From Pseudomonadota bacterium (GTDB taxonomy: Bacteria > Pseudomonadota > Gammaproteobacteria > JBCCGL01): a DNA stretch of 64,000 nucleotides. This document shows, piece after piece, positions 1 to 9,003 of the stretch. Position numbers and translations under genes: made by a program. The stretch's first letter is position 1; the number at the start of each line of letters is the position of its first letter. Under the pieces are notes generated by a model. That model ran no database searches. It was not told where the DNA came from and was given only the letters and a program-made list of their open reading frames with translations. The stretch spans positions 44,676 through 108,675 of the forward strand of contig JBCCGL010000011.1 of assembly GCA_039029275.1 (NCBI GenBank), given 5' to 3'.

Positions 1-990
1 GGCACGATTATCAAACGCAAAACACCGCACATCTACGTCGCGAACTGGTTTTACGGTGCCTTCATCGTCACCGTTGCGGTACTGCATCTGGTCAATAGCG
101 CAGGCCTGCCCGCAAGCTTTTGGAAATCCTACCCCGCCTACGCAGGTGCGGTGGATGCCATGGTGCAGTGGTGGTACGGCCACAACGCGGTTGGCTTTTT
201 TCTGACCGCCGGTTTTCTCGGGATTATGTATTACTTCGTCCCAAAACAAGCTGAGGCACCGGTGTATTCGTATCGCTTGTCTATCGTGCACTTTTGGGCG
301 CTGGTCTCGACCTACATGTGGGCCGGTCCGCACCATCTTCACTACACCGCGCTACCGGACTGGGCGCAGTCTCTCGGTATGGTGTTTTCGCTGATCCTGC
401 TGGCGCCTTCGTGGGGCGGAATGATCAACGGCATCATGACCCTCTCGGGCGCGTGGCACAAACTGCGTACTGATCCGATTCTCCGCTTCATGATTGTGTC
501 GCTGTCGTTTTATGGCATGGCGACTTTCGAAGGCCCGATGATGTCGATCAAAACCGTCAACGCGCTTTCGCACTACACCGACTGGACCGTGGGCCACGTG
601 CACGCGGGCGCAATGGGATGGGTTGCGATGATCAGCATCGGTGCGATTTACGGCTTGATTCCAAAATTGATCGGCAAAGAACAAATGTACTCGATCAAAT
701 TGATCGAAGTTCACTTCTGGGTTTCCACGATTGGGATTGTCCTCTACATCGCCGCGATGTGGATCGCCGGCGTTGCGCAGGGACTGATGTGGCGCGCGAT
801 CAATGAAGACGGAACGCTCACCTATAGTTTTGTCGAGTCACTCGAGGTCACCTTTCCTTTCTACGTCGTTCGCCTCGCGGGTGGTGCTTTGTTTTTAAGC
901 GGCATGCTGGTGATGGCGTGGAACATTTTCAAAACAATCTCCGATAGCCCCGTCACCCGCGCAAATACCGCGATGGAGACAGCACAATGA
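1..990 (+). CDS. ccoN: cbb3-type cytochrome c oxidase subunit I (5' truncated by window edge)
   Basis: Frame is open from base 1 ([20 protein letters not shown]). Heme-copper oxidase motifs [19 protein letters not shown] and [10 protein letters not shown]; followed by ccoOQP. Confidence 0.97.
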   Translation, partial: GTIIKRKTPHIYVANWFYGAFIVTVAVLHLVNSAGLPASFWKSYPAYAGAVDAMVQWWYGHNAVGFFLTAGFLGIMYYFVPKQAEAPVYSYRLSIVHFWALVSTYMWAGPHHLHYTALPDWAQSLGMVFSLILLAPSWGGMINGIMTLSGAWHKLRTDPILRFMIVSLSFYGMATFEGPMMSIKTVNALSHYTDWTVGHVHAGAMGWVAMISIGAIYGLIPKLIGKEQMYSIKLIEVHFWVSTIGIVLYIAAMWIAGVAQGLMWRAINEDGTLTYSFVESLEVTFPFYVVRLAGGALFLSGMLVMAWNIFKTISDSPVTRANTAMETAQ

Positions 991-1595
991 ACCACTCCGT
1001 CGTCGAAAAAAATATTGGTCTGATGATCGTACTGATCATTGTTGTGATCAGTTTTGGTGGGCTGGTTGAGATTGTCCCGCTGATGTTTCTTAAAGATACG
1101 ACCGAGCCCGTAAGCGGACTCAAGCCCTACCCGGCGCTGCAGCTCGCGGGTCGTGACATCTACGTGCGCGAAGGTTGTTACAACTGCCACTCGCAGATGA
1201 TCCGTCCGTTCCGCGCCGAGACCGAACGTTACGGTCACTACTCCGTTGCCGGTGAGTTCGTTTACGACCGCCCGTTTCAGTGGGGTTCAAAACGCACCGG
1301 TCCGGATCTCGCGCGCGTCGGTGGTCGTTACAGCGATGAATGGCACCGCGTTCATTTGCTCAATCCGCGCAGCGTTGTCCCGGAGTCCAACATGCCGGCC
1401 TATCCGTGGTTAAAAGATGAGCTTGTAGACGGTGAAGAGATCGCGACGCACATGCGCACGCTGAAACGGCTCGGACATCCCTACACCGAGGAAGAGATTG
1501 CCGCAGCACCGCAAGACGTAGCTGACAAAACCGAGTTGGAAGCGTTGATCGCATACCTGCAAAACCTCGGCACCATCATCAAAACACGCCAGTAA
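987..1595 (+). CDS. ccoO: cbb3-type cytochrome c oxidase subunit II (monoheme)
   Basis: [34 protein letters not shown]; ATGA overlap with ccoN. Confidence 0.97.
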   Translation: MNHSVVEKNIGLMIVLIIVVISFGGLVEIVPLMFLKDTTEPVSGLKPYPALQLAGRDIYVREGCYNCHSQMIRPFRAETERYGHYSVAGEFVYDRPFQWGSKRTGPDLARVGGRYSDEWHRVHLLNPRSVVPESNMPAYPWLKDELVDGEEIATHMRTLKRLGHPYTEEEIAAAPQDVADKTELEALIAYLQNLGTIIKTRQ

Positions 1596-1610
1596 ATTGA
1601 GGAAAAACAG

Positions 1611-1793
1611 ATGGAAATTAACGAACTTCGCGCCCTGCTAACGCTGTTGACCTTCCTCGCCTTTGTCGGCGTGTGGGTGTGGGCATGGTCTTCGCGCCGC
1701 AAGAACGAATTTGATCAAACGGCCAATCAGCTCTTCAGCAAAGAAGAAGACGAAATGCATCGCCGCTCGGCGTTGGAGATTGATGATGAGTGA
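1611..1793 (+). CDS. ccoQ: cbb3 oxidase small subunit CcoQ
   Basis: 60 aa, single TM helix then WAWSSRRKNEFDQTANQLF; lies between ccoO and ccoP. Confidence 0.9.
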   Translation: MEINELRALLTLLTFLAFVGVWVWAWSSRRKNEFDQTANQLFSKEEDEMHRRSALEIDDE

Positions 1794-2673
1794 TTTCTGG
1801 AGCGGTTGGATTATTGTTCTAACCGTCGTCAATATCGTCGCGTGTTTTTGGATCATCTGGTGGACGCAACGCCCACGCGCCGACGACACCGCAGCGGGTG
1901 AAAGTACCGGGCATTACTGGGACGGAGACCTGACCGAGTACAACAATCCGATGCCGCGTTGGTGGTTGTGGATGTTTTACATCACGCTTTTTTTTGGAAT
2001 CGCGTATCTCGTTCTGTTTCCCGGCATGGGGCACTTCAAAGGCACACTGGGATGGACGCAGACGTCGCAGTATGAGAACGAAGTAGAGGCGGCCGACGAA
2101 AAATTCGGCCCACTGTTTGCGCAGTTCTCCAATACTGATATCCCGGCACTCGCCAAAAACCCCGAAGCCGTAGAAATAGGCCGAGGATTGTTTCTGAACT
2201 ACTGCTCGACCTGCCACGGTTCAGACGCCAAAGGTGCGCGTGGATTCCCCGATCTGACCGACAACGACTGGCTTTACGGCGGCACTCCGGACGCGATCAA
2301 AACCAGCATTGCCAACGGTCGAAGCGGCGTGATGCCGTCATTCGACGCGGTACTGGGTGAGCGAGGCGTTAAAGAGATGGCTGAATATGTACTAAGCCTT
2401 TCCGGTCGCAGCAAATATCCCGATATGGTGCGCGAAGGGCAAAAGAAATTTGCCATGTGCATGGGCTGCCACGGTGCAGACGGCACCGGCAACCAGGCCT
2501 TGGGCGCGCCTAACTTAACCGACGATGTCTGGTTGTACGGCAGCTTCCCAATTTCAGTGCAATCCGTCATTCGTAACGGACGCAACGGTCAAATGCCACC
2601 GCATAAAAACTTTCTGGGTGACGACAAGGTGCATTTACTCAGTACCTACATCTACAGCCTTAGCAACGATTAA
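1786..2673 (+). CDS. ccoP: cbb3-type cytochrome c oxidase subunit III (diheme)
   Basis: MSDFWSGWI, TGHYWDGDLTEYNNPMPRWW, two CxxCH motifs (CSTCH, CMGCH). Start is ATG 1783 or 1786, not 1663. Confidence 0.96.
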   Translation: MSDFWSGWIIVLTVVNIVACFWIIWWTQRPRADDTAAGESTGHYWDGDLTEYNNPMPRWWLWMFYITLFFGIAYLVLFPGMGHFKGTLGWTQTSQYENEVEAADEKFGPLFAQFSNTDIPALAKNPEAVEIGRGLFLNYCSTCHGSDAKGARGFPDLTDNDWLYGGTPDAIKTSIANGRSGVMPSFDAVLGERGVKEMAEYVLSLSGRSKYPDMVREGQKKFAMCMGCHGADGTGNQALGAPNLTDDVWLYGSFPISVQSVIRNGRNGQMPPHKNFLGDDKVHLLSTYIYSLSND

Positions 2674-2710
2674 TTTTGGATAGGGCGATTGAAAATACAA
2701 GCCAAGCGGA

Positions 2711-2998
2711 ATGATTAATCAACAGTTCCTGAGTAGCTTTAATTTGAGGCGTGTGCTGATCGCTATTTTGTGGCCGTCATTCATCAGCGCCGGCATTGCC
2801 CTGACCGCATTTTACGTGTGGGTTGACCCGCTGATGATCGCGAACGTGTTCGGTTTGCCGATTACCGAGCGCATTGACATGTACTCGATCAGCTTTTTGT
2901 TCCTCTGGGGTCAGGCTATTCTGGCGAGTATTTTTTGTCTGATATTTGTTGCACCTACTCATCATCTGAATCCCAACAAACGGGATTTTGATGACTAG
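2711..2998 (+). CDS. small two-TM membrane protein in cco cluster
   Basis: 95 aa, ILWPSFISAG...VDPL motif, two hydrophobic segments; its end overlaps the ccoG start. Confidence 0.75.
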   Translation: MINQQFLSSFNLRRVLIAILWPSFISAGIALTAFYVWVDPLMIANVFGLPITERIDMYSISFLFLWGQAILASIFCLIFVAPTHHLNPNKRDFDD

Positions 2999-4382
2999 CG
3001 CGCAGCCAATCGAGCTTTATCGCAAGCGCGAAAAAATTTATCCACGCGCGGTTAGCGGTATTTTTGCGCGTTTTCGCATCACCGGTGTTCTGGTGTTGCT
3101 CGGCATATTTTACGGCTTGCCCTGGTTGCCGTGGCCAATGTTCGCCGACCAGCAACGTCAGGCGGTTCTGTTCGATTTGCCCAACAGAAAATTCTACTTA
3201 TTTGAGTGGGTTTTTTGGCCGCAAGACTTTCTATTTCTTTCCGGGCTTTTGATTCTTTGTGCGCTCGCACTGTTTTTTTTCACCGCGCTGGCCGGGCGTT
3301 TATGGTGCGGCTACGCCTGCCCACAAACCGTCTGGACCGAAGTATTCATGTGGATCGAAAACTGGATCGAAGGTACGCGCATTCAGCAAATAAAACGTGA
3401 CAAAGCCCCGATGAGCAGCGAAAAGTTTTGGCGCAAAAGTGCGAAACACGCGGTCTGGCTGATTTTATCCCTTCACACCGGATACACATTTGTAGGCTAT
3501 TTCACACCGCTGGATGTGCTCACGCACGAAACGTTGACCGCGACGCTCGGACCTTGGGAATTGTTCTGGATTTTGTTTTATGGGTTTGCCACATACGGCA
3601 ACGCCGGTTGGATGAGGGAACAAGTCTGCCTGTATATGTGCCCATACGCGCGATTTCAAAGCGCAATGTTCGACGCCGAAACGCTCATCATTTCATACGA
3701 TGAGGCGCGTGGCGAACCGCGCAAACGCGGGCGGAATGCCAACGATGACCCACCCGGCGACTGTGTGAACTGTCAGCTTTGTGTGCAGGTATGCCCGACA
3801 GGAATTGATATACGCGACGGATTGCAATACGAGTGCATTGGCTGCGCAGCGTGTATCGATGCGTGCGATGAGGTGATGGAAAAAGTTGACAAGCCGAAAG
3901 GATTAATTCGCTACACAACTGAAAGCGTACTTCAGGGCAAGCCAAGTCGCATAATGCGCCCAAGAATATATGTGTATACCGTATTGTTGGTGGTATTAGT
4001 GAGTGTCCTCGGGTTTGGTCTGGCAAACCGAATTCCATTGGAGCTCGACATTATTCGTGATCGCAACGCATTGTTTCGGGAAGCGTCTAACGGGTATCTG
4101 GAAAATGTTTACACCGTGCGCGTGATGAATATGGAAGAGCGCGATCACACCTACACGCTGAACGTTGACGGCGAACTCGATTTTTTTATAAACGGCAAAA
4201 ACACATCAATCGACATTCAGGTTCCAGCGGGAGAAGTCGCCTCTCGCGCCATCAGTTTGCAGGTCGACCCCTACACTTTGACGCGCTCCAATTACGAAAT
4301 TTTCATTTCGATTACATCCCAATCCAACGCTGAATTGACACGACGCGAACCCGCACGCTTTCTGGGTCCCGATGATTTTTAA
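2991..4382 (+). CDS. ccoG: cytochrome c oxidase accessory protein CcoG (4Fe-4S, FixG)
   Basis: GRLWCGYACPQTVWT, CLYMCPYARFQ, CVNCQLCVQVCPTGIDIR, CIGCAACIDAC. Confidence 0.96.
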   Translation: MTSAQPIELYRKREKIYPRAVSGIFARFRITGVLVLLGIFYGLPWLPWPMFADQQRQAVLFDLPNRKFYLFEWVFWPQDFLFLSGLLILCALALFFFTALAGRLWCGYACPQTVWTEVFMWIENWIEGTRIQQIKRDKAPMSSEKFWRKSAKHAVWLILSLHTGYTFVGYFTPLDVLTHETLTATLGPWELFWILFYGFATYGNAGWMREQVCLYMCPYARFQSAMFDAETLIISYDEARGEPRKRGRNANDDPPGDCVNCQLCVQVCPTGIDIRDGLQYECIGCAACIDACDEVMEKVDKPKGLIRYTTESVLQGKPSRIMRPRIYVYTVLLVVLVSVLGFGLANRIPLELDIIRDRNALFREASNGYLENVYTVRVMNMEERDHTYTLNVDGELDFFINGKNTSIDIQVPAGEVASRAISLQVDPYTLTRSNYEIFISITSQSNAELTRREPARFLGPDDF

Positions 4383-4397
4383 ATCAGGAAAATCAAA

Positions 4398-4604
4398 ATG
4401 CACTCGCTAGACAACAGAGACACAACGCCCTGGTACAAACAATTCTGGCCGTGGGCAATCATAGCGATCCCTGCGACCACCGTCGTCGCCTGCATCATTA
4501 TGATAACGCTGGCGATCAAGACCGACGACGGATTGGTTTCAGGCGATTATTATCGCGAAGGTTTAACGATAAACGAACGCTTAAAACCCGCGGACTCGCA
4601 GTGA
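4398..4604 (+). CDS. ccoH: short FixH/CcoH-family protein
   Basis: PWYKQFWPWAIIAIP...DDGLVSGDYYREG matches the FixH N-terminus; only 68 aa. Confidence 0.75.
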   Translation: MHSLDNRDTTPWYKQFWPWAIIAIPATTVVACIIMITLAIKTDDGLVSGDYYREGLTINERLKPADSQ

Positions 4605-5281
4605 TCGATACGACGCAATTCGCATCACTTCTGTTTTCCGCTTTTCTCATTGGTCTGTTAGGCGCAGGGCACTGCGCGACGATGTGTGGGGGGCTTGTAT
4701 CGGCATTCACATTAAGCGGTGCCAACCGACGGCCACTCTCGTGGTTTATTAATTACAACGTCGGTCGAATTTTCAGTTACATGGTAGCGGGCGGCGTGGC
4801 CGGTGCGCTCGGGTCTGCGTCGCTGCATTTATTCGAAATCGAGACCGCACGCAGTCTTGCACGCGCACTGGTTGCGTTCACGCTGATCGCCGTAGGACTG
4901 TACCTCTGCGGCTGGCCACAGCTATTGGCACCAATTGAAAAACTGGGTTACCGAATGTGGTCAAAAATTTCCCCGCGAGTTACGCATTTGTTGCGCGTGC
5001 GCAGCGGCATCGATGCACTGAGGTTTGGCCTTGTATGGGGCTGGTTACCGTGCGGTCTAGTGTATTCGGCTGTACTGTCTGCAACCACGACGGGCGACGC
5101 ATTAATGGGTGCGCAAGTGATGTTGTTTTTTGGGCTCGGCACCCTCCCGGCGCTGTTGTCACTTGGATTGCTTGCGAATCAGATTCGCTCGCTCGCGCGT
5201 AATCCCGTGTTCAGACGGATCAGCGGGTCAACCCTGTCGTTGCTGGGCGTTTACACTCTGCTGGCGGGAGCGCACCATTGA
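4601..5281 (+). CDS. DsbD_2 / TauE-SafE-like membrane protein of cco maturation clusters
   Basis: GLLGAGHCATMCGG, YNVGRIFSY, WGWLPCGLVYS, FGLGTLPAL; GTG start at 4601 overlaps the ccoH stop. Confidence 0.88.
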   Translation: MIDTTQFASLLFSAFLIGLLGAGHCATMCGGLVSAFTLSGANRRPLSWFINYNVGRIFSYMVAGGVAGALGSASLHLFEIETARSLARALVAFTLIAVGLYLCGWPQLLAPIEKLGYRMWSKISPRVTHLLRVRSGIDALRFGLVWGWLPCGLVYSAVLSATTTGDALMGAQVMLFFGLGTLPALLSLGLLANQIRSLARNPVFRRISGSTLSLLGVYTLLAGAHH

Positions 5282-7761
5282 GTAGCGCAGCGACTACGGC
5301 AAGCATCGAGCACGCGGCTTCGTCGCATTCAACTTGTTATCACTGCGGATTACCCGTGCCTTCGGGCGTTGAAATCACAACGACAATTTTTGATCAACCG
5401 CGCCCCATGTGCTGCGCGGGTTGTCGCGCAGTTGCCGAAACGATTATCGCCAGCGGCCACAGTGATTTCTATCGACATCGAACCGAGCTTTCGCGTACCG
5501 CGAATACGCTTGTGCCCGAATTTCTCGTCGACAATCGCGTGTTTGACAACCCGTCGCTGCAACGTCGCTTCGTCGATGAACTGGATGACAGTATCGTTGA
5601 AACCATGCTGAGTATCGACGGAATCACGTGCTCTGCGTGCGGGTGGTTGATTGAACAACAGCTGTCAAAAATGCCCGGCGTCAGCTTCGCTTCACTAAAC
5701 TTTGCAACGCATCTATTGCACGTTAAATGGCACAAGTATCAGTCAAAGCTGTCGACAATCATCGACCAGCTTGCATCGATTGGTTTTGACGCAGTCCCGT
5801 TTCAAGCGAACGAACAAGCAGCGAGGTTACAAAAGCAATACGCCGTATCGTTGCGGAGGCTGGTTGTGGCCGGAATTTTTGGCATGCAGGCGATGATGCT
5901 GGCAGTCGCCATGTATCTCGCTGACGGTGCGATGGACGCGCGTTACGAAACGCTGTTCAGATGGACAAGCCTCGCACTCTGCATTCCGATACTGCTCTAC
6001 TCTGCAGCGCCCTTTTTTCGCGCTGCTGCGAACCAGATAGCGGCGCGTTATCCGGGCATGGACACGCCGGTGAGTGTGGGTATTGGACTCGCGTTCAGTG
6101 CCAGCGTATGGCACACGTGGCAGGGCTCGGGTGACGTTTATTTTGACTCGGTTGCGATGTTTACGTTTCTGCTGTTGCTCGCTCGGCACATTGAGCTTGT
6201 CACGCGTCGCAAATCTCAGACCGGCCTGCTCAACCCCACCGGATCTGTACCCGAGGTTGCCAGCCGCCGGGAAGACACCGATGCGGGCGGCTCATCGTGG
6301 CAGAGCGTGCCTGTATTTGAACTGTGCGTGGGGGATCACGTTCGAGTACTGCGCGGGCAAGCTGTTCCATGCGACGGTGTCCTCATCAACGCGTCCACTT
6401 GCGTGGATGAAGCCTTACTGACGGGCGAATCGAATCCCGTCGTGCGTAGCGGCGGAGAGACCCTGCTTGCCGGCTCAGTCATCGTCGGAGAAACGGCGCA
6501 AATTAAGGTCAGCGCCGAATTAAAGGATAGCTATCTGTCCCAGTTACAACGACTGCTGGCACGCGCGCAAAATGAAAAACCGCCAGCCGTACAACTCGCG
6601 GATCGCGTTGCCGGCAAATTTGTTTTTGCCGTCTTGTTGATCGGTGCGGCCGTGGCGCTGTACTGGTTGCATAGTGGTTCAAACGATTGGCTGGCAATCT
6701 GCATCGCGACTTTAATCGTCACGTGCCCTTGTGCGCTTTCACTGGCGACACCAACGGTCATGGCCGCTGCCAATGGCGCTTTATCCAATAGCGGCGTTCT
6801 GCCGACGCGCAGTCGAACAGTCGAAACTCTGGCGCGGGCGACTCATGTGGTGTTTGACAAAACAGGAACCTTGACCAGCAATGAGCTGCAACTCGAGCAC
6901 ATCGAACTTTTCAATAATTGCTCGCGCGACGAAGCGCTCAACGTTGCCGCCGCGCTTGAGCAACACGCATTGCATCCCGTCGCTCGCACCCTGCAATCGT
7001 TAGCATGCAAGCAGATTGCCGCGACAAATATTGCGGTTAAAAACACCGGGGTGCGCGGCGAGATTCACGGCGAAACCTGGTGCGTCGGGTCACCTGATTT
7101 TGTCGCCAGTAACGCCGGGTTGTCGTGGGTTCCGGGCTCGTCCAATTCACTGTCTGAACTGGGCACAACCAAGGTCCTGCTGGCGCGCAGCGGAGTTGTT
7201 GTTGCCCGTTTTTATTTTTCGCAAAAACTGCGTCAAGGCAGCGAAGCACTGATCGCTGCGCTTGTGCATAGTGGAAAACAAGTTTCCATTCTTTCGGGAG
7301 ACTGCGCCGAGGCGGTTGCGCCTGTTGCTGCAGAGCTTAAGATTAAATCGTGGCAGTCAAATTTAGCACCGCGAGACAAGCAGTCCGAGATCACCTTGCT
7401 GCAATCGCATGGTGCCGTGGTCGCGATGATCGGAGACGGATCTAACGATTCACTGTCGTTGGCAGCCGCCGATGTGTCGATTGCGGTCGGATCCGGAACC
7501 GACATTGTGCGCATCAGTGCTGATGCGATCTTGACCGGCGATTCATTAAAAAACGTCATTCTCGCATTTTCCCTGTCTGATCAAGCGAGATGCATCATTC
7601 GCCAAAACATCGCCTGGGCGATTGCATACAACACGCTCGCGCTACCGCTGGCAGCCGCCGGCTTTGTCGCCCCATGGATGGCAGCCATTGGAATGTCCTT
7701 GAGTTCGTTACTTGTGGTGGTGAATTCCACACGCTTGCTCAGAGTAAATCGCTGGAGTTAA
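5278..7761 (+). CDS. ccoI: P1B-type copper ATPase CcoI/FixI
   Basis: CYHCG and CCAGC N-terminal motifs, CSAC metal-binding domain, TGES, CPC, DKTGTLT, GDGSND. Confidence 0.93.
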   Translation: MSSAATTASIEHAASSHSTCYHCGLPVPSGVEITTTIFDQPRPMCCAGCRAVAETIIASGHSDFYRHRTELSRTANTLVPEFLVDNRVFDNPSLQRRFVDELDDSIVETMLSIDGITCSACGWLIEQQLSKMPGVSFASLNFATHLLHVKWHKYQSKLSTIIDQLASIGFDAVPFQANEQAARLQKQYAVSLRRLVVAGIFGMQAMMLAVAMYLADGAMDARYETLFRWTSLALCIPILLYSAAPFFRAAANQIAARYPGMDTPVSVGIGLAFSASVWHTWQGSGDVYFDSVAMFTFLLLLARHIELVTRRKSQTGLLNPTGSVPEVASRREDTDAGGSSWQSVPVFELCVGDHVRVLRGQAVPCDGVLINASTCVDEALLTGESNPVVRSGGETLLAGSVIVGETAQIKVSAELKDSYLSQLQRLLARAQNEKPPAVQLADRVAGKFVFAVLLIGAAVALYWLHSGSNDWLAICIATLIVTCPCALSLATPTVMAAANGALSNSGVLPTRSRTVETLARATHVVFDKTGTLTSNELQLEHIELFNNCSRDEALNVAAALEQHALHPVARTLQSLACKQIAATNIAVKNTGVRGEIHGETWCVGSPDFVASNAGLSWVPGSSNSLSELGTTKVLLARSGVVVARFYFSQKLRQGSEALIAALVHSGKQVSILSGDCAEAVAPVAAELKIKSWQSNLAPRDKQSEITLLQSHGAVVAMIGDGSNDSLSLAAADVSIAVGSGTDIVRISADAILTGDSLKNVILAFSLSDQARCIIRQNIAWAIAYNTLALPLAAAGFVAPWMAAIGMSLSSLLVVVNSTRLLRVNRWS

Positions 7762-7764
7762 GTC

Positions 7765-7947
7765 ATGGATATTCTTTTCTTTCTTATCCCCATCGCCGTT
7801 TTACTTGCATGTGTGATCGTTGGGGTATTTTTTTGGGCGGTAAGGAGCGGACAGTTTGAGGATCTTGAGGGACCGGCGTATCGTATTTTGCGCGACGACG
7901 ATTCAAACTCGCTCAACCGGCGGATCGAGCAGGAAAGGCAGGATTAA
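7765..7947 (+). CDS. ccoS: cbb3 oxidase maturation protein CcoS
   Basis: MDILFFLIP...FWAVRSGQFEDLEGPAYRILRDDD. Confidence 0.93.
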   Translation: MDILFFLIPIAVLLACVIVGVFFWAVRSGQFEDLEGPAYRILRDDDSNSLNRRIEQERQD

Positions 7948-8906
7948 CTGCCCCGTTTGGCGCTACTTTCGTACAGGTCCATGCCATCGGGTATTTGATC
8001 GTATTGTTTAAACTTGTCCAGCACCCATTCGCGAAACAAATCGTGGTGACGGTGCATGGTGCGGTTTCGTGGGGAGATCAGGTACACATTCTGTGGTGTC
8101 TGAACCACCGTATTGGCCACGCGCACCAGACGACCTTCCTGCAGATAACCGCCAGCCAAATGCTGCCAACCCAGCGCCACGCCTTGCCCGACGAGGGCCG
8201 CGTGAATCGCCGAGTGGTGGTCCGAGAAAACCACGTCTGGACTGCTCGTAGCGTCTATCCCTGTGGCCTCGAACCATTCGGACCATCCCATGCGCGATCG
8301 CTTTGGCTCGGTGGCGTAAAGTAAATTTGCCTGCTGCAGGGTTTCCAGTTCCATACATTCAGGGTGTGCTTTGACATAATCGGGGGACGCCAGCGCGTAG
8401 ACGCGCTCACGCGCCAGCATCCAGCTCTCCACATCGCTCCATTCACCCATTCCGATCCAGGTGCTGAAATCGCACGTGGATAACTCAAACGAATTCAGAT
8501 CACCGTGGTTTTCGGTGATTTCAAACAACACGCTCAGGTTTGCATCCTTGAACTCGGCGATATTCGGCACCAGCCACATCGAGACAAAGCTGGACGAAAA
8601 ATTGACCCGGATTTTCTGGCTGTCGCTACTGGGAATAATCTGCCGCACTGCCTGATCGACGCTGGTCAATGCTGTGCGCACCTGTGCAGCCAGGGCTTCC
8701 CCTTCGCTGGTTAGCGATAACCCTCGGTGTTGTCTGAAAAACAGTTTTACCCCCAGATTTTGTTCAATCTGACGGATTGATTTGCTAACCGCTGGCTGGG
8801 AAATACACAGCTCATCAGCAGCATTGGTGAAATTCAGATGTCTGGCAACGGCCTCGACGACGTAGAGACTGTTAAGTGACGGGAGAATTCGGCGCAGGTT
8901 TCGCAT
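7944..8906 (-). CDS. LysR-family transcriptional regulator (GcvA-like)
   Basis: LPSLNSLYVVEAVARHLNFTNAADELCISQPAVSKSIRQIE HTH; divergent from the 9004 operon. Confidence 0.93.
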   Translation of the reverse strand: MRNLRRILPSLNSLYVVEAVARHLNFTNAADELCISQPAVSKSIRQIEQNLGVKLFFRQHRGLSLTSEGEALAAQVRTALTSVDQAVRQIIPSSDSQKIRVNFSSSFVSMWLVPNIAEFKDANLSVLFEITENHGDLNSFELSTCDFSTWIGMGEWSDVESWMLARERVYALASPDYVKAHPECMELETLQQANLLYATEPKRSRMGWSEWFEATGIDATSSPDVVFSDHHSAIHAALVGQGVALGWQHLAGGYLQEGRLVRVANTVVQTPQNVYLISPRNRTMHRHHDLFREWVLDKFKQYDQIPDGMDLYESSAKRGS

Positions 8907-8921
8907 AACTTTAAATTATGC
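8903..8921. promoter_or_regulatory. LysR-type recognition site GCATAA-N7-TTATGC
   Basis: Perfect 6 bp inverted repeat containing T-N11-A. It overlaps the LysR start codon and is centred ~65 bp upstream of the start site inferred from an extended -10 (TGgTAGAGT, 8963-8971). Confidence 0.7.
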
Positions 8922-9003
8922 CCGATGGAACTTTTTTTGGGGAGCAAAAACGCGCTCAGAGTTGGTAGAGTAAGGAGATAAAACTAATTCCCGGAGCAAA
9001 TAA

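Noticed and set aside
1663-1785. N-terminal extensions in the ORF track (ccoP here; also 4451, 12883, 27828, 36013, 60720)
   Set aside because: They overlap neighbouring genes or leaders, and family N-termini and RBSs support downstream starts.
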